This document shows, one piece after another, positions 40,192 through 49,887 of a stretch of 64,000 nt of DNA. The stretch lies in NCBI GenBank assembly GCA_002842985.1, contig PHEQ01000009.1:43635-107634 (forward strand), in the 5' to 3' direction. A program made the translations under genes and the position numbers. The stretch comes from Alphaproteobacteria bacterium HGW-Alphaproteobacteria-1 (GTDB taxonomy: Bacteria; Pseudomonadota; Alphaproteobacteria; Rhodobacterales; Rhodobacteraceae). Positions within the stretch are counted from its first letter, which is position 1, and each line of letters opens with the position of its first letter. The notes under the pieces were generated by a model that was not told the origin of the DNA, made no database searches, and saw nothing but the letters and a program-made list of their open reading frames with translations.

Positions 40192-42330
40192 TCAGGCTTC
40201 CTCGCGCTTGTCCCCGGAACGGGATGGGTCACGATAGCGTTCCACGGCTGCCACGTCCGCTTCGGCGTCAAGCGCCGAAAGAACGCTGTGCAGATGCTCG
40301 GCATCGCGCAATTCGACATCAATCAGAAGACGGTAAAAATCGGGCTTTCGGTCCACGAAGGTCAGGTCCGAGATATTGGCCTTCTGCTCGCCGATCAAGG
40401 TGCAAATACGCCCCAGAACGCCGGCATCGTTGCCGATCGTCAGATCGAGCGTGACATCATAGGCTGCGGGATGCTTGCCGGTGTGCCAATGCAGGTCCAG
40501 CCAACGCTCGGGATGGCTGTCATAGCGCGACAATGTTTCGCAGTCGATGGCATGGATCACCACGCCTTGCCCGCGAAAGGTGATGCCGACGATGCGCTCG
40601 CCCGGCAGGGGCTGGCAACAGCGCGCCCGGTCAAAGCCCTGATCGGCGCCAAGGCCGATCACCGCCCGCTCGCGGGCCACCTCGGCCCCCTCGCTCGGGG
40701 CCAGATCGGGATAGACCGCGCGCAAGACCTGCTGCGCGGTCAATTCGGCACTGCCAAGACGCGCACGAACCTCGTCGGCGCTGCGCAGCCGCAAGGTGCG
40801 TGCTGCCGTCTCCAGCGCCTTGTCGGTGGCCTTCTTGCCGACATGCTCGAAAGCCGAGCGCGCCAGTTCGCGCCCAAGCCTGATGTAACGGTCTCGATCC
40901 AGTTCGCGCAGCGCGCGGCGAATGGCCGAGCGCGCCTTGCCGGTGGTGGCGATATCGAGCCATGTCGCCTGCGGCGTCTGCCCGTCGGCGACGATGACCT
41001 CGACCGACTGCCCGTTCTTGATGCGCGTCCACAGCGGCACGCGCATCCCGTCCACCTTGGCCCCCACGCAGGCATGGCCGATCCGCGTGTGGATGGCATA
41101 GGCGAAATCGATCGGCGTCGCCCCGCGCGGCAGCTTGACCACGTCGCCCTTCGGCGTGAAGCAGAACACCTGGTCGGCATACATCTCGAGCTTGACCGCC
41201 TCGAGGAAATCCTCGTGATCCTCCTCGGCGTCGAACTGCTCGCTCATCGACGAGATCCAGCGCGCCGGATCGACGGCAAAGGGGTTCTCGGAGCGCACCC
41301 CGTCACGATAGGACCAATGCGCCGCAACCCCCGTTTCGGCCACGTCATGCATGGCGCGGGTGCGGATCTGCACCTCGACCCGCTTGCCGTCCCGCCCCGA
41401 AACCGTGGTATGGATCGAGCGATAACCGTTCGATTTCGGCTGGCTGATATAATCCTTGAACCGCCCCGGAACCGCGCGCCAGCGCTGATGGATCACGCCA
41501 AGCGCCGCGTAGCAATCTGCCTCTGACCGGGTGATGATGCGAAAGCCGTAGATGTCGGAGAGGCGGGAAAATCCCATCTCCTTTTCCTGCATCTTGCGCC
41601 AGATCGAATACGGCTTCTTGGCGCGCCCGAACACCTCGGCCGCGATGCCCGCCCGGTCAAGCTCGGCACGCATGTCGCTGGTGATCCGCTCCACCACATC
41701 GCCGGTCTCGCGTTGCAGGGTGATGAAGCGGCGGATGATGCTGGCCCGCGCCTCGGGGTTGAGCACGCGGAACGCCAGATCCTCAAGCTCCTCGCGCATC
41801 CACTGCATCCCCATGCGCCCGGCCAGCGGCGCATAGATATCCATCGTCTCGCGCGCCTTCTGCGCCTGCTTCTCGGGGCGCATCGCCTTGATCGTGCGCA
41901 TGTTGTGCAGCCGGTCCGCCAGCTTGACGAGGATCACCCGCAGATCGCGCGACATCGCCATGAAGAGCTTGCGGAAATTCTCGGCCTGCTTGGTCTCGGA
42001 ACTGCCAAGTTGCAGATTGGTGAGCTTGGTCACGCCATCGACAAGCTCGGCGATGTCATGGCCAAACTTCTCCTCGACCATGGCATAGGAGGCCTTGGTG
42101 TCCTCCACCGTGTCATGCAAGAGCGCGGTCACGATGGTCGCGTCATCAAGCCGCTGCTCGGTCAAAATCGCGGCGACGGCGACGGGATGGGTAAAATAGG
42201 GCTCGCCGGAATGGCGGGTCTGGCCCTCGTGCATGGCGCGGCCGAAATCATAGGCGGCGCGAATGAGGGCTTCGTCCGTTTTCGGATTGTAGTGGCGCAC
42301 CAGAGTGATGAGGTCGTCAACGGCGATCAT
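40192..42330 (-). CDS. spoT: bifunctional (p)ppGpp synthetase/hydrolase (RSH, SpoT/Rel)
   Basis: HD domain (HDTVEDT), a RelA/SpoT synthetase domain, and TGS and ACT C-terminal domains; 712 aa. Confidence 0.95.
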   Translation of the reverse strand: MIAVDDLITLVRHYNPKTDEALIRAAYDFGRAMHEGQTRHSGEPYFTHPVAVAAILTEQRLDDATIVTALLHDTVEDTKASYAMVEEKFGHDIAELVDGVTKLTNLQLGSSETKQAENFRKLFMAMSRDLRVILVKLADRLHNMRTIKAMRPEKQAQKARETMDIYAPLAGRMGMQWMREELEDLAFRVLNPEARASIIRRFITLQRETGDVVERITSDMRAELDRAGIAAEVFGRAKKPYSIWRKMQEKEMGFSRLSDIYGFRIITRSEADCYAALGVIHQRWRAVPGRFKDYISQPKSNGYRSIHTTVSGRDGKRVEVQIRTRAMHDVAETGVAAHWSYRDGVRSENPFAVDPARWISSMSEQFDAEEDHEDFLEAVKLEMYADQVFCFTPKGDVVKLPRGATPIDFAYAIHTRIGHACVGAKVDGMRVPLWTRIKNGQSVEVIVADGQTPQATWLDIATTGKARSAIRRALRELDRDRYIRLGRELARSAFEHVGKKATDKALETAARTLRLRSADEVRARLGSAELTAQQVLRAVYPDLAPSEGAEVARERAVIGLGADQGFDRARCCQPLPGERIVGITFRGQGVVIHAIDCETLSRYDSHPERWLDLHWHTGKHPAAYDVTLDLTIGNDAGVLGRICTLIGEQKANISDLTFVDRKPDFYRLLIDVELRDAEHLHSVLSALDAEADVAAVERYRDPSRSGDKREEA

Positions 42331-42372
42331 CGGTCAGAGGCGCCCCGCCTTGCGCTGAACGGGCCGGGGCCT

Positions 42373-42726
42373 TCAGCCCTGGCCTTGCGCTTCCATGAGG
42401 GCACGCAGAAGCTTTTCCTCGGACATGTCATCGGCTTCAGGGCGATCCGGCTCGGCGCCCATCAGAAGCGCCATGGAATCGTCCTCAGGCTCGTCCACCT
42501 CGATCTGGGTCTGGTTGGATTCGATCAACCGTTCGCGCAGATCATCCGCTGATTGCGTTTCTTCCGCAATCTCGCGCAGCGCCACAACCGGGTTCTTGTC
42601 ATTGTCACGATCCACGGTCAGCGAGGCACCGGCGGCAATCTCGCGCGCCCGATGAGCGGCCAGCATCACCAATTCAAAGCGGTTCGGCACCTTGTCGACG
42701 CAGTCTTCTGTGGTTACGCGGGCCAT
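42373..42726 (-). CDS. rpoZ: RNA polymerase omega subunit
   Basis: [22 protein letters not shown] signature. It lies upstream of spoT, as in many bacteria. Confidence 0.9.
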   Translation of the reverse strand: MARVTTEDCVDKVPNRFELVMLAAHRAREIAAGASLTVDRDNDKNPVVALREIAEETQSADDLRERLIESNQTQIEVDEPEDDSMALLMGAEPDRPEADDMSEEKLLRALMEAQGQG

Positions 42727-42791
42727 GCGACCTCCGGGCAGTTTACGGGCTGTGGTTCGGAAGCCCCTCACTTAGGGCCTCGGCAGGGGAT

Positions 42792-43412
42792 TTACAAGCG
42801 CGGAATCGCGCGGCGCACCACCTCGTTGCGCGCGCTCTCGGGCAGCGCCGCCAGCATCTCGCGCACCGTGCGCCCGGACACGGGATGCCGCCAGTCCGGC
42901 GCGATATCCGCCAGCGGCACGAGGACAAAGGCGCGCTCCTCGAGCCGCGGATGCGGCAGGATGAGCCGCTCGGGCGCACGCGCCTGCTGTTCGAGGGCAT
43001 CGAGTGCGCGCCACCGCGCATGGGTGGCCGCGTCGGGCAACACCCGGTCGCCGATGGCCAGAAGATCGAGATCGAGCGTGCGCGGCCCCCACCGTGTCTC
43101 GCGGTCGCGTCCAAAGGCGGCCTCGGTCACGTGCAAAAGCGCCAGCACCGCCTCGGGCGTCCCTTCCATCCGCAGCGCGGCGGCGGCGTTGACGAACTCT
43201 GGCCCTGATCCAGGCGGAAATGCCGGTGTGCCGTAAAATCCGCTCACCGCCTCGACACTCGCGCCCGCCGTCTCCAGATGCCGCAGCGCGGCACGAAGCG
43301 TCTCCTCGGGGCCACCCGCACCGGACGGCAAGTTTCCACCGAGAGCGATCAAGCAGAGTTGATCGGCCACGCCTTGCAACCTATCCTTTTGTGACCACTG
43401 ATGGTCTTGCAT
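42792..43412 (-). CDS. folK: 2-amino-4-hydroxy-6-hydroxymethyldihydropteridine diphosphokinase
   Basis: ALGGNL and RWGPRTLDLDLL motifs with a PHPRL..RAFVL pattern. The start is uncertain (43412 or upstream). Confidence 0.8.
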   Translation of the reverse strand: MQDHQWSQKDRLQGVADQLCLIALGGNLPSGAGGPEETLRAALRHLETAGASVEAVSGFYGTPAFPPGSGPEFVNAAAALRMEGTPEAVLALLHVTEAAFGRDRETRWGPRTLDLDLLAIGDRVLPDAATHARWRALDALEQQARAPERLILPHPRLEERAFVLVPLADIAPDWRHPVSGRTVREMLAALPESARNEVVRRAIPRL

Positions 43413-43517
43413 GACATTTACCATCATCTTAACTCTGGCACCCAGCCTTTCCGTGCGACCCACTCACACCACTCATGCACCCAAGGCGAGGCAGACCTAT
43501 TTGAAAGGATTTTTCCG

Positions 43518-44099
43518 ATGTTTTACAAGGATGACCGTCTGGCATTGTTCATAGACGGTTCAAATCTCTATGCCGCAGGCAAGGCTCTCGGCTTCGACAT
43601 CGACTACAAGCTTCTGCGCAGCGAGTTCATGCGCCGGGGCAAGCTGTTGCGCGCGTTCTACTATACCGCGCTGCTGGACAATGACGAGTATTCGCCCATC
43701 CGCCCGCTCGTGGACTGGCTGCATTACAACGGCTACACCATGGTGACCAAACCCGCCAAGGAATACACCGACAGCCAGGGCCGCCGCAAGGTCAAGGGCA
43801 ACATGGATATCGAGCTTGCGGTCGACGCGATGGAACTTGCGCCGCGCGTGGATCATATCGTGCTCTTCTCCGGCGATGGCGATTTCAAGCCGCTGGTCGA
43901 GAGCCTTCAGCGTCAGGGCGTGCGCGTCTCGGTGGTCTCCACCATCCGCAGCCAGCCGCCGATGATCTCGGACGAGCTGCGTCGCCAGGCCGACAACTTC
44001 ATCGAGCTGGACGACCTGAAAGACGTGATCGGCCGACCGCCGCGCGAGCCGCGCGACTATGCCGAGCGCGAAGCCGCCTACGCCGCCGCGCAGGAATAA
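43518..44099 (+). CDS. NYN-domain (LabA-like) protein
   Basis: ALFIDGSNLY, GNMDIELAVD and LFSGDGDF, the acidic motifs of the NYN/PIN-like fold; 193 aa. Confidence 0.75.
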   Translation: MFYKDDRLALFIDGSNLYAAGKALGFDIDYKLLRSEFMRRGKLLRAFYYTALLDNDEYSPIRPLVDWLHYNGYTMVTKPAKEYTDSQGRRKVKGNMDIELAVDAMELAPRVDHIVLFSGDGDFKPLVESLQRQGVRVSVVSTIRSQPPMISDELRRQADNFIELDDLKDVIGRPPREPRDYAEREAAYAAAQE

Positions 44100-44115
44100 C
44101 CGATCCGGCCTTCTG

Positions 44116-44142
44116 GCCGCGCCCCGGTTTACAGGGCGCGGC
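44116..44142. terminator. stem-loop between convergent NYN and mttB-like genes
   Basis: GCCGCGCCC-CGGTTTACA-GGGCGCGGC, a 9-bp stem. Confidence 0.45.
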
Positions 44143-44151
44143 AGAGGGCGG

Positions 44152-45690
44152 TCACGCCCCCAGATGGATCCTGAACCGCGCCCGGATCGCCGCATCGGTG
44201 TCTGGATCAAACCGGGCGGGCGCGCGGCTGGCAAGGATGCGTTCCTTCTTTGCCGTGGCGGTGGCGATCAGGTCGGGCTGACCCTGCTCGACCCATTCCT
44301 TGGGCGAGGCGCGGTTGGCGCAGACAGGGTATAGGTAATCGCTCTGCATCCGCGCCAGCGTCTGCGGCGCGCCCAGATAATGACCCGGCCCGCCGATGCA
44401 GGCGGCGCGGATGACCTCGAGGCTGAGTGTGTCCTCGTCCACCTCGATGCCCCGCGCGCAGCGCAGCGCCTGACCGATCAGGTCATCACCCAGAATAAGC
44501 GATTCATGGCAGAACCCCAGAAGCGAGGCGTGCATGCCCGCGGCCTCGTAAACCATGTTGAGCCCCGAAAGCCCCGCCATGACGTTCGACGTGGCCTGTT
44601 CCCACCCGGCCTGCATGTCGGGGAGCTTGGCATCGGCGATCCCGGCCGCCGCACCGCCGGGCAAACCGTAGTAATGATGCATCTGCGCACAGCCCGCCGT
44701 CAGCAGCGCCTGCTCGCCCGATCCGCCCGACATCGCCCCGGTGCGCAGATCGCTGACAAACGGCCAGGTGCCGAAGATCGCCGGGTGGCCCGGCTTGACC
44801 GCATTGACATAGACCAGCCCGGCAAGGCATTCGGCCACGGCCTGCACGATGGCCCCGGCAATCGGCGCGGGCGCGGTGGCCCCGGCCTGACCCGCCGAAA
44901 GCAGGAGAATCGGCATCCCGCCGGCGATGCAGGCCTCCATCACCAGACAGGATTCGGTGGCGAATTTCATCGGCGGCACGACGAAACAGTTGGAATTGCT
45001 GACGAAAGGCCGCTCACGCCACTTGTCCTCACCACCCGCGATCAGGTGCAGCATCTCGAAGGCATCGGCGACGAATCCCACCTCGGTAAAGGACGTGCCA
45101 ACATGCTTGGTCGTGCCCGCGCAGCAGGCGTAGAGCGTGTTGAGGTCCATCTCGCGATTGTCGGGAATGTCGCGGCAGACCATGGGGCGTTGCACGAAAT
45201 GGATATTGTCGAGCATATCGGCGATGCGGGCGGCGTCGTGCAGGTCCTGCACGGTGCTTTCGCGGTAGCTTCCGGTGGCCACATCCACAAGATGCACCGC
45301 GGCCCCCGCCGTGCCGTAATGCACGCGACTGCCCGAGAGGGTCATGTCGTGACGCGGGTCACGTCCGAAAAGCGTGATTTCGCGGTTGGCGCGCGCAATG
45401 GTCTCCTCGATCAGCGCGCGCGGAAAGCGGATGCGCCCATCATCGCCGAGCACGGCACCCGCCCCGGTAAGGTGGGCCACCCCCGAGGGTGGCGCATCGG
45501 CAAGACCGATCTGTTCAAGCGCGTCGAGAATGGCGGCGTGGATGCGCTCCATCTGCGCGTCGGACAGCGGGCGATAAAGACCGCCCTCAAGTCCGGGGCG
45601 CACCGGACGCAGGATGTCGGCAAGCGGATTGGCGCGGGCTTCGCGCCGGGCGGCGCGGCCGCCGGCGCGGCGCGGGGCAGATACTGTCAT
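44152..45690 (-). CDS. MttB-superfamily methyltransferase (non-pyrrolysine member)
   Basis: 512 aa from the ATG at 45690, with the trimethylamine-methyltransferase-family pattern throughout (e.g. GTWPFVSDLRTGAMSGGSGEQAL). The frame is uninterrupted, with no in-frame TAG. Confidence 0.8.
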   Translation of the reverse strand: MTVSAPRRAGGRAARREARANPLADILRPVRPGLEGGLYRPLSDAQMERIHAAILDALEQIGLADAPPSGVAHLTGAGAVLGDDGRIRFPRALIEETIARANREITLFGRDPRHDMTLSGSRVHYGTAGAAVHLVDVATGSYRESTVQDLHDAARIADMLDNIHFVQRPMVCRDIPDNREMDLNTLYACCAGTTKHVGTSFTEVGFVADAFEMLHLIAGGEDKWRERPFVSNSNCFVVPPMKFATESCLVMEACIAGGMPILLLSAGQAGATAPAPIAGAIVQAVAECLAGLVYVNAVKPGHPAIFGTWPFVSDLRTGAMSGGSGEQALLTAGCAQMHHYYGLPGGAAAGIADAKLPDMQAGWEQATSNVMAGLSGLNMVYEAAGMHASLLGFCHESLILGDDLIGQALRCARGIEVDEDTLSLEVIRAACIGGPGHYLGAPQTLARMQSDYLYPVCANRASPKEWVEQGQPDLIATATAKKERILASRAPARFDPDTDAAIRARFRIHLGA

Positions 45691-45852
45691 GATGTGGAGA
45701 TCCTGTGAGAGGCGTGAAAAGGGCGACGCAATCAGGCGCGCCGGGGACGCCCGCGCGCGGCACGGCCCCGCTCCGCGCCTATGGTGCGGATCACAAGCGC
45801 GATCTTGCTGCGTGGGTCCATCATGCTCTCCTCGCGGTCGAGGAAAGCCGAA

Positions 45853-45881
45853 TCGCAAACGACTGTCTGTCGCATTTGCGA
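45853..45881 (-). terminator. candidate terminator after the RNase G-like gene
   Basis: TCGCAAACGAC-TGTCT-GTCG(CA)TTTGCGA, an 11 bp stem with a 2-nt bulge. On the minus strand it is followed by TTCGGCTTTCC. Confidence 0.35.
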
Positions 45882-45932
45882 CCGGTGTCGTTTTCGGACT
45901 GCGAACGCCGCGCAACTGCGCAGATCGACGGC

Positions 45933-46952
45933 TTAGCCGATCACCTCCACCAGCGGCACGCGCGCACGCTTGCGCTGCAATTCGTAATGGCCGAGCGGGG
46001 TCCAGCCCGCAAGAACCGTCTCGATCTCGTCGCGCCGAAACGCGGCGCGCAGCGCGTCCTCGAACACGCGCCGGTCCTTCTTGGGCATGGGTGCCAGATC
46101 GAGCGCGATCTGACCGCCAAGACCGCGCAAACGCAATTGCCGGGGCAATTCGCGCGCCAGCGCAATATTGGCCTTGAGCCCGGCGGCAGGGCTTGTGTCG
46201 GCGCCGGTGTTCACATCCACCGCCACCAGCGCGCGCGTGGCCTCGATATAAGCCAAGGCCCCGCCCGATAGGCGCACCTCCGGCCCCCGCAGCGCATCAA
46301 TCGCATCAAGCACCCCATGCGTGGCGAAACTGCCCTGCGCCTCGACAAGTTCCCCCGGCTCCGGCCAGTCGCGCCAGGCCAGCGCGTGCGGCCCGTCGCC
46401 CTCGACCAGCTTTTCCGGCTCACGCCCGCCCGCATCGGCCAGAACCGCCCGCGCCAGATCGCGCATCGAACGGATATCCTCGGCGATGGCTTCATCCACC
46501 GCACCCTCGCAGGCCGAGCGCAGAATGAGGCCCATGGCCCCCTCGCCCATCTCGTCATGGGCAATCTCGTGCAGGCGCAAACGCTCTTCCTCGTCCTTGA
46601 TGGAACGCGAGATGTTGAGGCCGGGCGCGTCGGGGGTGACGATGGCATAGCGGCTCTTGAAGAGCACGCGCGCCGTGACCGGGATCGCCTTGCCCGGCTC
46701 GGCATGGCCGGTGATCTGCACCAGAAGCGCCTGACCGGGGGCAAGCCCCTTGACCTGCCGCAGAAACGCCGAGCCGTCTGGCGTGCGCAGGAACATGCCG
46801 CCCTGCCCCTTAACCGGGCGGTCGGCGATGGCGCGATAGATCGTGCCGGGGCGCGGCGTGTCACTGTCGATCAGCAGATCATCCAACCTGCCGCCAATCA
46901 GCAGCGCCGCCGCCTCGCGGCCCCCCAGATGATCGAGTGCGATGGTGGTCAT
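45933..46952 (-). CDS. rng: compact RNase E/G-family ribonuclease
   Basis: 339 aa with an S1-like [20 protein letters not shown] segment, VAVDVNTG and [14 protein letters not shown] matching the RNase E/G catalytic core. ATGA overlap with maf. Confidence 0.75.
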   Translation of the reverse strand: MTTIALDHLGGREAAALLIGGRLDDLLIDSDTPRPGTIYRAIADRPVKGQGGMFLRTPDGSAFLRQVKGLAPGQALLVQITGHAEPGKAIPVTARVLFKSRYAIVTPDAPGLNISRSIKDEEERLRLHEIAHDEMGEGAMGLILRSACEGAVDEAIAEDIRSMRDLARAVLADAGGREPEKLVEGDGPHALAWRDWPEPGELVEAQGSFATHGVLDAIDALRGPEVRLSGGALAYIEATRALVAVDVNTGADTSPAAGLKANIALARELPRQLRLRGLGGQIALDLAPMPKKDRRVFEDALRAAFRRDEIETVLAGWTPLGHYELQRKRARVPLVEVIG

Positions 46953-47527
46953 GACCGGTCCTTCCAGAGCGGATAGCCTGCAGCAGTCAGAAGGCCCGCC
47001 GTCTCGGCAAGCGGCAGGCCGACAATGCCGGTGAAAGAGCCCGAAATCCACGGCACGAACGCCCCGGCAAGGCCCTGAATGCCGTAACCGCCCGCCTTGC
47101 CCTGCCACTCGCCCGAGGCGAGATAGGCGTTGATTTCCTCGTCCGAGAGGCGTTTGAGCTTCACGGCACTCAGCACATCGCGTTCCCAAAGGCGCGCGCC
47201 CCGTCGAATGGCAACGGCGGTGATGACGCGGTGACGCCGCCCCGAGAGGGCATGAAGAAATTGCGCGGCCTCGCCCGCGCTCTCGGGCTTGCCGAGGATG
47301 CGGCGGCCCATTGCGACGGTGGTATCGGCGGCCAGCACGATGTCATCCGGCCCCGCCTCGGTCGCCTGTGCCTTTTCGCGCGCCATGCGCGCGCAATAGG
47401 GACGGGGCAATTCGGCCTTGCGCGGGGTCTCGTCGATCTCGGGCGGGCGGATCGCGTCCGGGATCACGCCCAACTGCGCCAGCAAATCGCGGCGGCGCGG
47501 ACTGCCCGAACCGAGAATCAGTTGCAT
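46949..47527 (-). CDS. maf: Maf-like nucleoside triphosphate pyrophosphatase
   Basis: [15 protein letters not shown] and [10 protein letters not shown] motifs. Confidence 0.85.
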   Translation of the reverse strand: MQLILGSGSPRRRDLLAQLGVIPDAIRPPEIDETPRKAELPRPYCARMAREKAQATEAGPDDIVLAADTTVAMGRRILGKPESAGEAAQFLHALSGRRHRVITAVAIRRGARLWERDVLSAVKLKRLSDEEINAYLASGEWQGKAGGYGIQGLAGAFVPWISGSFTGIVGLPLAETAGLLTAAGYPLWKDRS

Positions 47528-47537
47528 GGTAACGCGC

Positions 47538-47756
47538 TTACTTGAAGCGATAGTTGATCCGGCCCTTGGTCAGATCGTAGGGTGTCATTTCCACCTGAAC
47601 CTTGTCGCCCGCCAAAACGCGGATCCGGTTCTTGCGCATTTTTCCTGCCGTATGTGCGATGATCTCATGGCCGTTCTCAAGCTCGACCCTGAATGTCGCG
47701 TTCGGCAGGAGTTCCTTGACGACACCGGGAAATTCGAGCGTGTCTTCCTTGGCCAT
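47538..47756 (-). CDS. infA: translation initiation factor IF-1
   Basis: [36 protein letters not shown] signature; 72 aa. Confidence 0.95.
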   Translation of the reverse strand: MAKEDTLEFPGVVKELLPNATFRVELENGHEIIAHTAGKMRKNRIRVLAGDKVQVEMTPYDLTKGRINYRFK

Positions 47757-47838
47757 GGTCTCTCCTTGCAGTCGCATCCCGCCCAGATGCGGAACGCGCC
47801 AGTAAATGCGCCTCTTCCCCGCGTTTTTCAAGGTCTAA

Positions 47839-48723
47839 TCAGCGCAGGCGTTCAACTGTGACCGCACCGTCACGACCCGCCTGATCCGCCCAGTGGCGAC
47901 GGTTGAGAACGACGCCATGGGCGCGCACATGGGCCACGCGGGCCGCGTCCACCTCCGCCACGGTCCAGCCGGGTTGATTGAGCGTGCCCTCGGCCAGAAC
48001 GCCCGTGGCGGGAAAGCCCGTGTCGGGCGGTCCGAATATGCCACCCATGCCGGTATTGGTATCCACGGCCGGAGACCAGTGGGCATCACCCACGGTCGAG
48101 GCCATGACACTTATGCATTGCGCCTCAAGAGCGCGCGCCATGGCACCGATGCGAACCCGCCAGTAGCCGGTCAGCGCCTCGGTGCAGGAGGGCACAAGCA
48201 AAAGGTCCGCCTCGGCAAGTGCGCGGCCAAGAAGCGGAAACTCGCTGTCATAACATATCAGGATGCCGATTTGCCCAAGCGCCGTGTCAAAAATCCGCAG
48301 CGGGCCGCCGGGGGCGACATGCCATTCCTCGCGCTCGAACCGCGTCATGATCTGCTTGTCCTGATGGGCGCGCGCGCCCGAGGGCGTATAAAGCGTGGCG
48401 CGGTTTACCGGGCGCATTCCGACAGCCGGGTCAAAGACCGGGGCGGAGGCCCCCAGGATATGCAGCCCGTGGCGCGTGGCAAGCTCGGCGTGCAGGTCAC
48501 CCACATCGCCCATCACCGATGACACCGCATGAAGCGAGCGCTCCAGATCCCCCGCCACCTCCGGCCCCTGAAGCGTGGCCAGTTCCATCGCGCCATATTC
48601 TGGAAACACCGCCAGATCCGCGCCTTGTGCTGCGGCATCCGCCACCCAAGCAGAGAGTTTCACGGTATAATCGGCCCAGGTATCGAGCACATCGAGCGGA
48701 TAGGCGGCGGTGGCGATCTTCAT
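47839..48723 (-). CDS. carbon-nitrogen hydrolase family protein
   Basis: FPEYG (Glu) and ILICYDSEFP (Cys) catalytic motifs of the nitrilase superfamily. Confidence 0.8.
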   Translation of the reverse strand: MKIATAAYPLDVLDTWADYTVKLSAWVADAAAQGADLAVFPEYGAMELATLQGPEVAGDLERSLHAVSSVMGDVGDLHAELATRHGLHILGASAPVFDPAVGMRPVNRATLYTPSGARAHQDKQIMTRFEREEWHVAPGGPLRIFDTALGQIGILICYDSEFPLLGRALAEADLLLVPSCTEALTGYWRVRIGAMARALEAQCISVMASTVGDAHWSPAVDTNTGMGGIFGPPDTGFPATGVLAEGTLNQPGWTVAEVDAARVAHVRAHGVVLNRRHWADQAGRDGAVTVERLR

Positions 48724-48834
48724 GGCGGCGTTCCTTTTCTGCACGCGTTCTAGCTGCCCCGCCGTCCCGCGTCGAGCGATTGCCGCCCCGCGCGCAACCG
48801 TGCTATCGTTCCGACCAACGAGGCAGGGCAGCCC

Positions 48835-49869
48835 ATGGCAAAAACGGCACTCAGCAAATATCAGCGGCTCGAGGCATCAGGTCTCTGGCGGGCTGACGCC
48901 GAGGCGCAGAGGATCGACGTGGTCGTGTCCGTGGGCGAGGCAACCCTGACCATCACCGACATACGCGAACGGGTCAAGGCGCATTGGTCTCTGGCCGCCA
49001 TTGCCCGCGCCAATCCCGGAACGCTGCCCGCGCTTTACCATCCCGACGGCGATCCCGACGAGGTGCTGGAGCTTGCCGGCGACGAAGCCGAGATGATCGC
49101 CGCGATCGAGAAACTTCGCGCCGCCATCGACCGACAGCGGCCCCGCCCCGGCCGACTGCGGCTTTACGGTGTGCTTGCAAGCCTTGTGGCGGTCATGCTG
49201 GTCGTGGGGCTTTGGCTGCCCGGTGCGGCGCGTGACCATGCGCTCCGGGTGGTGCCAGCGGTCAAACGCGCCGAGATCGGGCAAGCGCTTCTGACCCATG
49301 TGGAGCGCGTCACCGGCCCCCCCTGCCGTGCGCAGGGGGGGGCGGCGGCGCTCGCTGCGCTGGAACGCCGCCTGCCGCCCCGCAACGGGCGCGCACGGCT
49401 GGCCGTGGTGCGCAGCGGCGTGACGGATGCGCTGCGCCTGCCCGGCGGCACGATCCTCATTCGCGCCCCGCTGGTTGAGGATTACGACACGGCGGATGTC
49501 GTGGCAGGCTATGTCATCGCCGCGCATCTGCGCGCCGAGAGGCGCGACCCGCTCGACCGTCTGTTGTCCGAGGCCGGGCTTTGGGAGGTTCTGCGCCTTA
49601 TGGCAACCGGACAGGTCAGCGACGCGACCCTCGCCGCCTATGCCGAAACCCTGCTGAAATCAGCGCCCGCACCCCTGCCGGATGCGGTGCTGCTCGAAGG
49701 TTTCGCGCACTGGCAGGTGCCTGCCACCCCCTATGCCTACGCGCGAGACCTGACCGGCGAGACGGTGCTCGGCCTGATCGAGGCGGATCCTTTTCCCGGC
49801 GGCACCACGACACCGCCGGTTCTGAGCGATGCGGACTGGCTGCGCCTTCAGGGAATTTGCGGCGGCTAG
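48835..49869 (+). CDS. hypothetical membrane-anchored protein with a degenerate M48-peptidase-like region
   Basis: 344 aa: a ~110-aa N-domain, one TM (LYGVLASLVAVMLVVGLWL), then ...ALRLPGGTILIRAPLVE...VVAGYVIAAHLRAERRD, which follows the M48 pattern but lacks HExxH. Confidence 0.5.
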   Translation: MAKTALSKYQRLEASGLWRADAEAQRIDVVVSVGEATLTITDIRERVKAHWSLAAIARANPGTLPALYHPDGDPDEVLELAGDEAEMIAAIEKLRAAIDRQRPRPGRLRLYGVLASLVAVMLVVGLWLPGAARDHALRVVPAVKRAEIGQALLTHVERVTGPPCRAQGGAAALAALERRLPPRNGRARLAVVRSGVTDALRLPGGTILIRAPLVEDYDTADVVAGYVIAAHLRAERRDPLDRLLSEAGLWEVLRLMATGQVSDATLAAYAETLLKSAPAPLPDAVLLEGFAHWQVPATPYAYARDLTGETVLGLIEADPFPGGTTTPPVLSDADWLRLQGICGG

Positions 49870-49887
49870 CACAAGCGGCTGCGCGCC

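Noticed and set aside
39223-41526. 767-aa ORF on the plus strand
   Set aside because: It is antisense to pdxJ, the DUF2062 gene and spoT. It has no motifs and an Arg/Ala/Gly-rich composition.
45732-45824. 30-codon ORF (MMDPRSKIALVIRTIGAERGRAARGRPRRA) with a GAGGAG Shine-Dalgarno in the mttB-like leader
   Set aside because: It cannot be distinguished from a chance ORF in GC-rich DNA and has no recognisable peptide family. It is mentioned in the MttB finding as something to test, not annotated.
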